Under the pieces are notes generated by a model. That model had not been told where the DNA came from and searched no databases. It saw only the letters and a list, made by a program, of their open reading frames with translations. Positions 9,324 through 19,224 of a DNA stretch of 64,000 bases are shown here, one piece after another. Numbering within the stretch: the first letter of the stretch is position 1; the number at the start of each line of letters is the position of its first letter. Source of the DNA: Patescibacteria group bacterium (GTDB lineage Archaea > Nanobdellota > Nanobdellia > Pacearchaeales > GW2011-AR1); contig JAHYJW010000001.1 in NCBI GenBank assembly GCA_019428815.1, forward strand, positions 47,119-111,118, written 5' to 3'. The position numbers and the translations under genes were made by a program.

Positions 9324-11057
9324 ATCTACAATAGTAGAAATTAAAGCATGCTTCTAGACCTAACAAATGCGCAAAGAGGAAGTAAAATATCTACAATAGT
9401 AGAAATTAAAGCATGCTTCTAGACTTCTCTGTTATCTAATTCTTGTTGTATATCTACAATAGTAGAAATTAAAGCATGCTTCTAGACATTTATACCTTAC
9501 AATTAAAAACCTTGAAAATCTACAATAGTAGAAATTAAAGCATGCTTCTAGACTTAAAATCTGAATACCTTGATAAAGAAGGACAAACAATCTACAATAG
9601 TAGAAATTAAAGCATGCTTCTAGACGACTATAAGAAAATTAAATCATAGGAGGCATCTACAATAGTAGAAATTAAAGCATGCTTCTAGACACGATAATGT
9701 CATCATTACCTGTTAAGGAATCTACAATAGTAGAAATTAAAGCATGCTTCTAGACACACCAACACCACCAAACACCACCACTTATCTACAATAGTAGAAA
9801 TTAAAGCATGCTTCTAGACTACAACCTTAAATAATATTTTTAAATTTTATTTATCTACAATAGTAGAAATTAAAGCATGCTTCTAGACACCTTAATGGAC
9901 GATGCCATCGAATGCGTATCTACAATAGTAGAAATTAAAGCATGCTTCTAGACAGGAATACTAATCCAGCTCCAACGATTAATCTACAATAGTAGAAATT
10001 AAAGCATGCTTCTAGACACTGGGGGGGTTTCCATTACATAAACCTATCTACAATAGTAGAAATTAAAGCATGCTTCTAGACCGAAAAAAGAGGTTTTCTT
10101 TTGAGTGGTGAATCTACAATAGTAGAAATTAAAGCATGCTTCTAGACAGTTATTCTCTTATTCGCTGGGGTGATGTATCTACAATAGTAGAAATTAAAGC
10201 ATGCTTCTAGACACTGCTCGAGGTGTTAGGTGTAAGTGGATCTACAATAGTAGAAATTAAAGCATGCTTCTAGACGCCCCTGAAAATACTCTCCAAACTG
10301 ATGTATCTACAATAGTAGAAATTAAAGCATGCTTCTAGACTTGGGCCAATCTTGCTTGCTCATATTCTGTATCTACAATAGTAGAAATTAAAGCATGCTT
10401 CTAGACTAACCCCTGAAATGATTGAATATCAGAAAGGATCTACAATAGTAGAAATTAAAGCATGCTTCTAGACATAATCCGTCTTCACAGGAATTATTAA
10501 ATCTACAATAGTAGAAATTAAAGCATGCTTCTAGACACCACAGATTCAACAGCTTACGGATTGCTATCTACAATAGTAGAAATTAAAGCATGCTTCTAGA
10601 CTTATAAACTTATAATATTATAATATTATAATATCTACAATAGTAGAAATTAAAGCATGCTTCTAGACAAGTTTATTGGGTGTCCAGTCCTAACTCTATC
10701 TACAATAGTAGAAATTAAAGCATGCTTCTAGACTCCAGATTTGAAGCCTGGGCTTTCAACTTATCTACAATAGTAGAAATTAAAGCATGCTTCTAGACAA
10801 GTTGGCTTTTCCATTATATCCCAATTGGATCTACAATAGTAGAAATTAAAGCATGCTTCTAGACACCTTAATGGACGATGCAATCGAATGTGTATCTACA
10901 ATAGTAGAAATTAAAGCATGCTTCTAGACATTTTTCCATACGCTTTTATATATCCCGATCTACAATAGTAGAAATTAAAGCATGCTTCTAGACTTTTTCC
11001 CGTATGCCTTTATATACCCTGATCTACAATAGTAGAAATTAAAGCATGCTTCTAGAC
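9324..11057 (-). CRISPR. Type V-A CRISPR array: 27 identical 36-bp repeats, 26 spacers (27-36 bp)
   Basis: The repeat ATCTACAATAGTAGAAATTAAAGCATGCTTCTAGAC is counted 27 times with starts at 9324, 9389, 9452 ... 11022. In minus-strand sense it reads GTCTAGAAGCATGCTTTAATTTCTACTATTGTAGAT, the canonical Cas12a repeat with a 3-prime AAUUUCUACUAUUGUAGAU handle. Spacers 9/24 and 25/26 are near-duplicates. Confidence 0.95.
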
Positions 11058-11266
11058 AGTTGCGATTTGGAGTAGACTTTTTGTTTTGCTTTATCTCCTC
11101 TAACTTAAGTCATTTTAGACTTTTACCTCTAAAACTCATTTCCAGTATATATAATTATTCTTGTATTCTTAAATATTCCTAAATTGGCATTTAGAGACGC
11201 TAAGAACCAAAAATTCTTAGATATTGGCCATACTTACATAAAATATTAAGACTTGGGTTTGCAGAT
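11058..11266 (-). promoter_or_regulatory. Putative CRISPR leader with AT-rich TATA-like elements; hairpin downstream of cas2
   Basis: About 209 bp AT-rich region between the cas2 stop and the first (leader-proximal) repeat. Contains TATATATAATTAT (about 11148-11160) and an inverted repeat CTAAGAA-ccaaaaa-TTCTTAG at 11200-11220. Confidence 0.45.
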
Positions 11267-11539
11267 TTAATACATAAGAAGGTCAGTTTCTTCATTTTTA
11301 GCGTAACCAAACCTTAAAATTTGATTCTCTGCTGTTATTTTAAATATTAAAACACTGTCCCCCTGATTAAATCGTTTCTCAAACCGATTCTTAATCTCTT
11401 CCTGCACCAAATCTAGGATCCTTTTGCTGTTCTTTATTTCATACACCGAGTATTGAAGTCTTCTCCCATAATTTAAAATAAACTTGGAAAACTCAGTTCT
11501 TAGATGGTCTTCTTGGATATCATACGTTAAAATTATCAT
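11267..11539 (-). CDS. cas2: CRISPR-associated endoribonuclease Cas2
   Basis: 90 aa. N-terminus MIILTYDIQEDHLRTEFSKFILNYGRRLQYSVYE matches the Cas2 beta1-alpha1 pattern. Overlaps cas1 by 4 bp. Consistent with the cas12a-cas4-cas1-cas2 operon order. Confidence 0.75.
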   Translation of the reverse strand: MIILTYDIQEDHLRTEFSKFILNYGRRLQYSVYEIKNSKRILDLVQEEIKNRFEKRFNQGDSVLIFKITAENQILRFGYAKNEETDLLMY

Positions 11540-12510
11540 CTATTTACCTCTAGGTCAAAGACAGGAAAACTGTCAGTTTCTTTTCCCTTTATGAACGATC
11601 TGTAATAAGATTGAATATATAAAAATATTTTTTCTTTATATAACAGGATCTCTTTTAAAAACAATTTAGAGTATTTTTTATTAAACTCTCTCTTTACATA
11701 AAATTGTCCATTTTTAAAATAAAAATCATCTTTATTTATCTGTTTAAGGTTAAAACTTTTCTTTATGCGGCGGTCAATAATGCACCTAAAAGGTTCCACT
11801 AAATCACAGACTAATGATTTTCTTTGAAAGAACAGCTTATGGTAAAAGCCACAATAGGTGTCAAAGCCGTAAAGTTCCAAATTTGCCTCTATGAAATTAA
11901 ACAAGTAATAATATCCAATATCTAAGAGCAAATTAAAGCTATCGCTCTTACATCTTGGCTTTCGGCCACCAAAATCTAAATTCTTAAAATAGGTTTTAAA
12001 AAATAATTTTGAGGCTGTTCCTTCCATCCCTAACAAATCCTGGCTGCTTTGAGCATTGTCGATTTGTTTAAAAATCTCTTTTGTTTTTGATATATTGTTC
12101 TTTTCCTTAGTGGTTTTGTATCGTAATGAGTCCATTAAACTGATCTGATTTTTAACTTTATTATGGACTATGTGCTTAGCAATTTTTAGATCATTGCTAT
12201 TAGTGTATTGTTTTTTCCTCAAAAAAAAATTTCCTTTATTATCTGGGAGGATGGAAAAATAAGGTTTAAGATTATAATTAAGAAACACTATAGGAACTGC
12301 ATATTTTTTTGCATTCTTTATCAGAACGGAAGTAATTGAGAATTCTCCTAAAATAAAAACCATAAAAATTTTTGTGAACGGATGCTGGAGAATGATCTTG
12401 TTATTTTCATCAACAAGAATAAGGTTTGAATTTTTAAGCCTCAGTTTTTTAGAGTTATTACTTTCAATGAAAAGCATTTGCTTGGCTATAAAATCAGGTC
12501 TACTTAACAT
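11536..12510 (-). CDS. cas1: CRISPR-associated integrase Cas1
   Basis: 324 aa. Position between cas4 and cas2. Conserved acidic/His-containing C-terminal half (LLDIGYYYLFNFIEANLELYGFDTYCGFYHK). Confidence 0.8.
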   Translation of the reverse strand: MLSRPDFIAKQMLFIESNNSKKLRLKNSNLILVDENNKIILQHPFTKIFMVFILGEFSITSVLIKNAKKYAVPIVFLNYNLKPYFSILPDNKGNFFLRKKQYTNSNDLKIAKHIVHNKVKNQISLMDSLRYKTTKEKNNISKTKEIFKQIDNAQSSQDLLGMEGTASKLFFKTYFKNLDFGGRKPRCKSDSFNLLLDIGYYYLFNFIEANLELYGFDTYCGFYHKLFFQRKSLVCDLVEPFRCIIDRRIKKSFNLKQINKDDFYFKNGQFYVKREFNKKYSKLFLKEILLYKEKIFLYIQSYYRSFIKGKETDSFPVFDLEVNR

Positions 12511-12513
12511 GTT

Positions 12514-13077
12514 TTAATCTCCTTTATCTTTATAATAATCGCACAATTCTTTATAGATACACATCTCGCATTTGTGGGGATTTTGAGTGAAGTTTTTGTC
12601 TTCTAATGAAAATAGTTTAATTTTTGTTATAATTTCTTTCAATTTATGTTTTTCATTGTTTCCAGGCAATCCAACATCATGGATTTTGTTGTCTGAAAGC
12701 GAATGAAAACGTATTTTTTTGACAACATAACCCATCTCTACCAAACAAAAATATTGCGCATAAATTTGTAGGTAATACCCCTCATAAAGCTTTTTTATAT
12801 TATTTTTTCTTTCTGTAAGAATTCCCCTTTCAACATCAAAAAGATCAATTTTTCCGCACACACTTAACTCTTCACTGTATATGTCAATTCCTTCAAGAAT
12901 CGCCTTTTTTGTTGAATATTTTTGTCTATCTACGGTTTTGTGTGCGTGTTTTCCCTTTGTCTGATAAATGGTATGGTAAAGCGTCTCATCAAAAGATGAA
13001 TATAAATTATGAAAGTATATGCTTCTTGGGCAGAAGATAAAGTCATTAAGGTTTGAGATAATTATATTTTGTTCCAT
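12514..13077 (-). CDS. cas4: CRISPR-associated Cas4 (RecB-like nuclease with Fe-S cluster)
   Basis: N-terminal Cys (FCPRSIYF) plus C-terminal CEMCIYKELC cluster. RecB-like motifs (IDLFD...ERK, QIYAQYF). Confidence 0.8.
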   Translation of the reverse strand: MEQNIIISNLNDFIFCPRSIYFHNLYSSFDETLYHTIYQTKGKHAHKTVDRQKYSTKKAILEGIDIYSEELSVCGKIDLFDVERGILTERKNNIKKLYEGYYLQIYAQYFCLVEMGYVVKKIRFHSLSDNKIHDVGLPGNNEKHKLKEIITKIKLFSLEDKNFTQNPHKCEMCIYKELCDYYKDKGD

Positions 13078-16000
13078 TGTCCTATACCCCCTTGTACAAA
13101 TTTAAGCCATTCTTTATTGCTGATGGACAGTTTAAGACTTTTCCAATTTTCTTTGTGGGAACTGATTTGTTTAAGTACCCATAAACCTTTTTTAGCAATA
13201 TGGTATGCCCCATTGGCATCGGCGTCTTGAGGTAGCTCTTTACCGGCGTTTCTGCTATCGTAAAATTCTCCTTTTTTGTTCATCACAGGCGAAATGAGAT
13301 AATCAACCTCACTTTGTATCTTGCTATTTCGCATTTGTACAGTATACTTGAAAAGATCAAGAAGCCTTTCAAAGAAGATCTTCTCTGTTTGTGAAACGAT
13401 CTGTTTTTTCAAATCAGTTTTATAATCCACCTTGTACGATTGAAATAGATTCTTAAACTCTTCAGAAAGAACTATCTCTTTGTTGTCCCACTGATTGTTT
13501 TTTTCTGGATTTCTGAATGTTTTGATACGTTCACCATATGTGCAGAGGGTCCAATCCTGTCTTGTACCACTTGCTTTGGAGTTGAACGTAGAATATTCTT
13601 TAACTTCGAATTCAAAATAGTTTTTAGTAGTGTTGTAACGGATGTCTTCAAAATTATCAAAAAAAGACCTTGCTTTTTCGAGATTTTCATATTTGATTTT
13701 GAATAGATTGACAAATCCAGTGGTGGGATCTATCTTGCTAGTATACCATGAGGGAACATAGAACAAAAAGCCGCTTTGCTTTCCTAGTTTTTGGAAGCTT
13801 ACGAATTTGTTGGTTAGTTGTAAAGCGTTATATAATCCACCTATTTCATTTTCGGCTTTGTCTTTGAATACTAAATAATTGAGCTTGTCTATCAATTTTT
13901 TCTCTAGTTTTTGATAGATTTGCTTTTCAACCTTGAAACGACCTCTTTTGAAGCCAAAATTCAGATCTTCCATGACGACAATAGCATTGTGTTTTACCAT
14001 CATCTGATTAATTTTATGTATTACCTGTGAGATATACCCCTCTTTTAGTTCTTTGATTGCTTCTATTGTTTCCCAGTTTTCCCTTGCTTTGGCTCTTTCA
14101 TCTTCTCTTTTGTCAAGTAAATCCCTGTATTTGGTCCGGTAAGTATTTCCTTTATGCTCATTGATGATATCGTTAAAAGAATACTGTTCTTCGATATTGC
14201 CTTTTTGGTCAATCAGCGTTAAATAGATCAAATTTCTCTCCCCTCTGTCTAAACCAATAATCTTGACTTTAGGGTTATTCTTGAGGTATTCGAGAACAGA
14301 AGCATTGATAGATCCGTTACCCTTTGCCTTAAAGTTAAGTGTTATTGGAACGTGGAACTGGAATTTGTCCACAGTATAACGTTTGTTTTTTATAATATTA
14401 TATTCAAAAATACTTTCCTTCTTAGTGGCACTTGGATTTTTATTTTTAATAGACTCTTTTGCTTTGTGAACAACTTTATTCTCATTGGAGATGGAGCTTC
14501 TCCGATAGAACATCTCAGCTTGACCATTAAGTTTATACACCTTATTTTTCAGATTCTCCGGTTTAAATAAAGCTTTCCAGTACATTGTATGCAAGTTGGG
14601 ATTGCCTTTACTGTATTTAGAAAAGTCTTTATTCCAAATTTTAAACAGAAATAACTTCCCTTCGTCTACGAGTCGATTGATGTAGCTTTCGGGAACATTT
14701 TGAAAAGTGATTTTATACCCCTGATGTTCTACTTCTCTATAAAATTCACTCAAGTCTTCGTATGAGGAAGTATCTGAAAATTGAAATCCAAAATGTCTCC
14801 AATCTTCATGCTTTGCGATAGATTTTTTGAAAAAATCAATCAAATTGTGGCAATCCTCAACGTTAAATTTGTCACCTTTTTTATGAGTTTCTGCTTTATA
14901 TTTCTTTTTTAATTCTTCAGGCGGTGCAAATTCTTTGATTCTGCTATTTGAGAAAAATACTTTTGGCAACATCTTATTTGCACCAGGTAGTAGTTTGTAT
15001 ACCATTTTTTCATAAACCAATTCACCTGGGCTTGCATCAGGGATATTTTTGAAAATCTTGTTGTGTTTTTTGTCCATTACTCCAAGATAATACAACCCCT
15101 TTTTGTGAAATAATACTGAAGTATTATCAACCTCTTTATTCAAATCCCAGCCAGCCAACAGTGTACTATTCTCAAAATTTAGTTTGAACTTCTCTGTACA
15201 ATACGGCTTTTGTGTAGCATAATTTCGTACCTTATTGTATAGGGGAATTAAAAGCCGCAATTGGTCATACCATATCTGAAACTGACCATAGAACATCTCA
15301 TCCTTCTCTAAGGGGCTATCGTTTGGTAATGATAGGGGTTTCACAAAATGCAGTAGTTCCATCATGCTATCTAAAAAAGTCTTGATATTATCAATGACTT
15401 TTTTATCCTGATTCAGTTTTTTATCCTTTGGATACTCTATGTTTAAGATGTCTTTGATAGAGAGGTACTTTGTTTCAATATTGGTAATCAAATCAAATCC
15501 TTTGTTGCCGTCTTTTTTCTTTTCAACCTTAAAATGAGTATGAAAATAATTGGTAACAGGTTTCGTGTCTTCTTGTAAATCCTTTAGTATTTCAACTTCA
15601 CTTTTGTATTTGAGTAAGGCACTTTCAATTTCAGCAATAGAAAAATGAGACTGTTTCAGTTGCTTTTCTTTAGCAATCTTTTGTTTTATGGATAACCCTC
15701 TTTTGCCAATTTTAGGCGTTTTCAAAAAGGTAAATTCCAATGCAGATTTTATGATATTCCAATCACCAAAAATGTTTTTTGAAATGTCACTAAGTGTCCG
15801 GTCATTACTGATATAAACTTTTTCAAGATTATAGTCTTTGAGGCTTGCAAGTAGCTCTTTGATTTTTTTCAGCACATTCTCAGTCTCGTCCTTATCGTTG
15901 GGATGAAAGTCAACCAGGTTATTCTGGTAATATTCACCTATTGCGTTTAGGACTTTCTGACTAGCTGTTTTCTCCGGATCATCTTTAAACGATTCTGGTA

Positions 16001-16922
16001 AGAATGAAATGCTCTCCCTATCACTCAGGATTTGCTTATAGAGTTTTTTGAGTTTTGGTATTCTATCTTTCTTGTCCTTTTTTTGGTTGTACAAATTGAT
16101 ATATTCATTCAATCCCTGAATTTTCTTTTGATCTTCTTCAATAGTTCTCCCACTAATAATTAAATTGTAAACAACTATCTGTTTTTGAGTGAGCACCCTA
16201 TTGTAATAATCCAACTTAAAGGCTTCATCAATGTTTTTAATGTTAAGATATTCCCCTATTTCTTTGTATAGAACAACACACTTCCCATATAACTCCGGTA
16301 TTGATTTAATCTTTTCAAAAATTTTGATGTTATCCATGAACTTTGGTAAATTTTCGTGTATCAATCGATAGGAAATCGCGGTGGCCTGTTTTTTTTCGGT
16401 GTACATATTTTTTCGGTTCTCGTGGAAGCCTCTGAAATATGTTGTGAATGTTTTGAATTTATCATCGAAGTAAATGTCTTTCTTATTATGCCTGCTTATC
16501 CAATCTGGTAGGAGCTCAGTTATTAATTCCTTTTTGTCAATTTTTGAGAAACTTTCCTCTGCTTTACCAGTCTTAAAACCTTCGGCGATCTCTTTTCTAA
16601 GGTAAGCTTGTACCTTCTCAAATTCTTTCTTGAAAACATCTTCCTTTTTACGTTCTGGAGATACATTGTATAGTTCTGCAAATGCTTTTAATTTTGTTAA
16701 TTTTACTTGTGACATAGTTTCTTCTATGAAGTCCCTATGTAAACTATCAATGGTTTTTTTCATCTTCTTATAGCTTTCCGCTTTTTTTTCATCTTGGCTT
16801 ATTAATCCCTTTTTTTCGATATTTTCAAGAGTCTTCCCAACTGGCTTCAATTCAAATCTTAAGGTTTTTGATAAGCTGTATTTATTTGTAAATTCGCTTT
16901 GTATTGACTCTGTTTTTGTCAT
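13062..16922 (-). CDS. cas12a: Cas12a (Cpf1) type V-A effector nuclease
   Basis: N-terminal FTNKYSLSKTLRFELKPVGKTLENI (WED-I). RuvC-I IGLDRGERNLIYLTLID, RuvC-II VVMEDLNFGFKRGR, RuvC-III DADANGAYHIAKKGLW. 1286 aa. Confidence 0.95.
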   Translation of the reverse strand: MTKTESIQSEFTNKYSLSKTLRFELKPVGKTLENIEKKGLISQDEKKAESYKKMKKTIDSLHRDFIEETMSQVKLTKLKAFAELYNVSPERKKEDVFKKEFEKVQAYLRKEIAEGFKTGKAEESFSKIDKKELITELLPDWISRHNKKDIYFDDKFKTFTTYFRGFHENRKNMYTEKKQATAISYRLIHENLPKFMDNIKIFEKIKSIPELYGKCVVLYKEIGEYLNIKNIDEAFKLDYYNRVLTQKQIVVYNLIISGRTIEEDQKKIQGLNEYINLYNQKKDKKDRIPKLKKLYKQILSDRESISFLPESFKDDPEKTASQKVLNAIGEYYQNNLVDFHPNDKDETENVLKKIKELLASLKDYNLEKVYISNDRTLSDISKNIFGDWNIIKSALEFTFLKTPKIGKRGLSIKQKIAKEKQLKQSHFSIAEIESALLKYKSEVEILKDLQEDTKPVTNYFHTHFKVEKKKDGNKGFDLITNIETKYLSIKDILNIEYPKDKKLNQDKKVIDNIKTFLDSMMELLHFVKPLSLPNDSPLEKDEMFYGQFQIWYDQLRLLIPLYNKVRNYATQKPYCTEKFKLNFENSTLLAGWDLNKEVDNTSVLFHKKGLYYLGVMDKKHNKIFKNIPDASPGELVYEKMVYKLLPGANKMLPKVFFSNSRIKEFAPPEELKKKYKAETHKKGDKFNVEDCHNLIDFFKKSIAKHEDWRHFGFQFSDTSSYEDLSEFYREVEHQGYKITFQNVPESYINRLVDEGKLFLFKIWNKDFSKYSKGNPNLHTMYWKALFKPENLKNKVYKLNGQAEMFYRRSSISNENKVVHKAKESIKNKNPSATKKESIFEYNIIKNKRYTVDKFQFHVPITLNFKAKGNGSINASVLEYLKNNPKVKIIGLDRGERNLIYLTLIDQKGNIEEQYSFNDIINEHKGNTYRTKYRDLLDKREDERAKARENWETIEAIKELKEGYISQVIHKINQMMVKHNAIVVMEDLNFGFKRGRFKVEKQIYQKLEKKLIDKLNYLVFKDKAENEIGGLYNALQLTNKFVSFQKLGKQSGFLFYVPSWYTSKIDPTTGFVNLFKIKYENLEKARSFFDNFEDIRYNTTKNYFEFEVKEYSTFNSKASGTRQDWTLCTYGERIKTFRNPEKNNQWDNKEIVLSEEFKNLFQSYKVDYKTDLKKQIVSQTEKIFFERLLDLFKYTVQMRNSKIQSEVDYLISPVMNKKGEFYDSRNAGKELPQDADANGAYHIAKKGLWVLKQISSHKENWKSLKLSISNKEWLKFVQGGIGQWNKI

Positions 16923-17044
16923 TTTATCCTTATTTTTCTTATTTAATTTAATCTTCCTTTTCTTTTATGTCATTCTTAATGCTATTCATTTTAAAAAAGA
17001 GGGTTTTATTATCTTTAAATGTTCTGCCCCCACTTTTGTTAATA

Positions 17045-17115
17045 TGCACCAGCCGGGAATCGAACCCGGATGTCAAGCTTGGGAAGCTTGCATTTTACCA
17101 TTAAACCACTAGTGC
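17045..17115 (-). tRNA. tRNA-Gly (anticodon CCC)
   Basis: Reverse complement GCACTAGTGGTTTAATGGTAAAATGCAAGCTTCCCAAGCTTGACATCCGGGTTCGATTCCCGGCTGGTGCA. 7-bp acceptor, anticodon stem CAAGC/GCTTG with loop UUCCCAA, T-arm CCGGG-TTCGATT-CCCGG. Confidence 0.8.
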
Positions 17116-17178
17116 TTTAAAGAGTTTTTTATAAACACCCTCGTTTAAAACTCTATTTCTTTTTATACATTATCTCAA

Positions 17179-18297
17179 TTGATAAATTTTTATATACTTC
17201 AAAAAGTTTTAGTTTTTATGATAAGAACAGATTTTAAGAGAGCTAATTTAAGGGAAATTCTTGAATTACAAGGAATTGATTGTCCTAGAAGATTAGACAA
17301 ATCTTTTTTTTCTTCTCTTATAGAAGAGGGAAAATTGCTTTTTGTTGGAGACTCTTATGAAAATGCGGTAAAATCAATTAATAATTTAAAAGAAGGTTCT
17401 GTTGCATTATTCCCCAATAAATTTAGATTTGATAAAGAAAAAGCAGATCGTGAGGTAAAATCCTTAGAAGGATTAGTTAAAATAGACTCTGCTCCTGTTT
17501 TAAGGAAAGTTTCTGGACAAGACTCTGTTCCTCATAAGCTCACTAAATCTTTCCTAGAAGAATACCAAATTCTTCCAGAGGCATTAATCCAAGAAGCAGT
17601 TAATCGAAGCAAGATTGAAAATCCTCCTAGGGGCATTTATTGGATTGGAAGAGATAATCACGTTAGGGCATTTACTTGGTTAAGGGCTATTTCTGGGATC
17701 GAAATGCAAATAATGAATCAACTTGGTAAGTTTTTTGGCGAAGTTAAAGATAAGAAACCTTATGGTAGAAATATTAGAGTTGGGGTTGGATCTAGAGAAA
17801 AACCAAATCTGGAATATGAATTTAGTTTATTTAGACTACCTATCTTTTCTTATGGTGATAAAAGAAAATTCTCAGAGTGGACTGAAATAAGCCATAATTC
17901 TAATGATCCAGATGCGAGTTATAGGGGCGGAGAACATGATAAGAGAGTTTTTCCTTTTTATTTTTGGTCTGCTCCTTCTATTTTTGCATATTATAATTCA
18001 ATGTCTTTTGTTAGTAATATGGGAGGTAATATCCCGGATGATCGTCGTTTAAAGTTTAGGGTTAATCCCTTTCCAATTCCAAAAGATAAGAGAGTAGTTG
18101 ATTTTATCGATAGATTAAGATTTCAAAGTTTGATTATAGACTCACCCCAAGAAGATGCCAAAAAATTAAAACTTTCTATATTGAGTAATACTGAGATAGA
18201 AGAGCTTATCGGAACAAAATTAATTTTAGAAGGTTATGATAACTTTTTTTATCATTTAGGGAAAAAGAATTTGGATTATCTCTATAATCTTAAATAA
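17179..18297 (+). CDS. Hypothetical protein (372 aa), no recognised domain
   Basis: Long ORF with typical codon usage. No motifs I can assign. Probable real start is the internal MIRTDFKR. Confidence 0.4.
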   Translation: MINFYILQKVLVFMIRTDFKRANLREILELQGIDCPRRLDKSFFSSLIEEGKLLFVGDSYENAVKSINNLKEGSVALFPNKFRFDKEKADREVKSLEGLVKIDSAPVLRKVSGQDSVPHKLTKSFLEEYQILPEALIQEAVNRSKIENPPRGIYWIGRDNHVRAFTWLRAISGIEMQIMNQLGKFFGEVKDKKPYGRNIRVGVGSREKPNLEYEFSLFRLPIFSYGDKRKFSEWTEISHNSNDPDASYRGGEHDKRVFPFYFWSAPSIFAYYNSMSFVSNMGGNIPDDRRLKFRVNPFPIPKDKRVVDFIDRLRFQSLIIDSPQEDAKKLKLSILSNTEIEELIGTKLILEGYDNFFYHLGKKNLDYLYNLK

Positions 18298-18379
18298 TGC
18301 ATTCAGATTAGGATGTCAAAATATTTAAAAACTCTTATCGCTTAATTTAATAGTAAATAACCATAAAAAAGAGGGAAGG

Positions 18380-19138
18380 ATGAAAAAGAAAACAAATAAA
18401 ATTAATTCAAAAAAACATTTTGTTTTTGATAAGAAAATCTCAAATAGGCTTTCTTTTACACTTTTGTTTTTAATCGTTTTAGTTATGATTTCTTTTTTAG
18501 TTTATGCAACTGTTCTACCTGGTTCAACACCAAATCCAGGACACAATATCCAGAATATCGGAGCTCCGGTAGGGTGCGGGGTAGGAGAATATTTACAGTT
18601 ACAAAATGATGGTACGGGAGGAGCCTTAGATCCAAATAGATGGTTTTGGGGATGTAGTTCCTCTCAGAATGCATCTTTGGGGTATCTCCCCCCTCCAAGT
18701 GGGAGTATTTTAAATGGGGCAGTTTTTTGCAAAGAGGGATTAACTCAGATTGATCAGAATAGTTTTACCTGCGATAGACCTGTAGTCTCTTATACTTACT
18801 ATTATTATCCTCGTCTTTATTCTATAGAAAATCAAAGAGTTGTAGCTTTTTGGAGCGATCCCCAAGATTCTGCAGAAGCAGATCTTATTTGTAATGCTTT
18901 AGAAGGAAGTGTTAGAGACCGAGACGTAGACATCACTTATGAACCTGGTCCTCAAGGAGGAACCGGTGCTCATATAACTCGTGGTATATCCTCTTCCTTT
19001 TACCTTTTTTGGGGTCCATATCAGGATGCCCCTGAAGGAAATCCTATTCGTTATATAACAAGTGTTACTTGTAAGAGACTTTTGACTGAGACAGGTCAAT
19101 GGGTAATTAGTAATGCAGACTATGAAAATTATTATTAG
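18380..19138 (+). CDS. Hypothetical membrane-anchored/secreted Cys-containing protein
   Basis: Lys-rich N-terminus followed by a hydrophobic segment LSFTLLFLIVLVMISFLVYA. Extracytoplasmic region contains 8 Cys. Confidence 0.4.
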   Translation: MKKKTNKINSKKHFVFDKKISNRLSFTLLFLIVLVMISFLVYATVLPGSTPNPGHNIQNIGAPVGCGVGEYLQLQNDGTGGALDPNRWFWGCSSSQNASLGYLPPPSGSILNGAVFCKEGLTQIDQNSFTCDRPVVSYTYYYYPRLYSIENQRVVAFWSDPQDSAEADLICNALEGSVRDRDVDITYEPGPQGGTGAHITRGISSSFYLFWGPYQDAPEGNPIRYITSVTCKRLLTETGQWVISNADYENYY

Positions 19139-19224
19139 GACTAACCATAATAATTCTCAATAAAATTTTAATTAGAACCTTTTTATTATGTTTTGTCTTA
19201 AAATTTTTAGAATTAATAAAGAGA

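Noticed and set aside
11058-11110. Degenerate extra repeat after the leader-proximal repeat (…GGAGTAGAC…)
   Set aside because: Only a 6-7 nt match (GTAGAC) to the repeat end, which is not convincing.
13472-13714. 80-aa ORF inside cas12a (also 14352-14570 on the opposite strand)
   Set aside because: Embedded within or antisense to the cas12a reading frame, which has strong Cas12a motif support. Low-complexity translation. Spurious.
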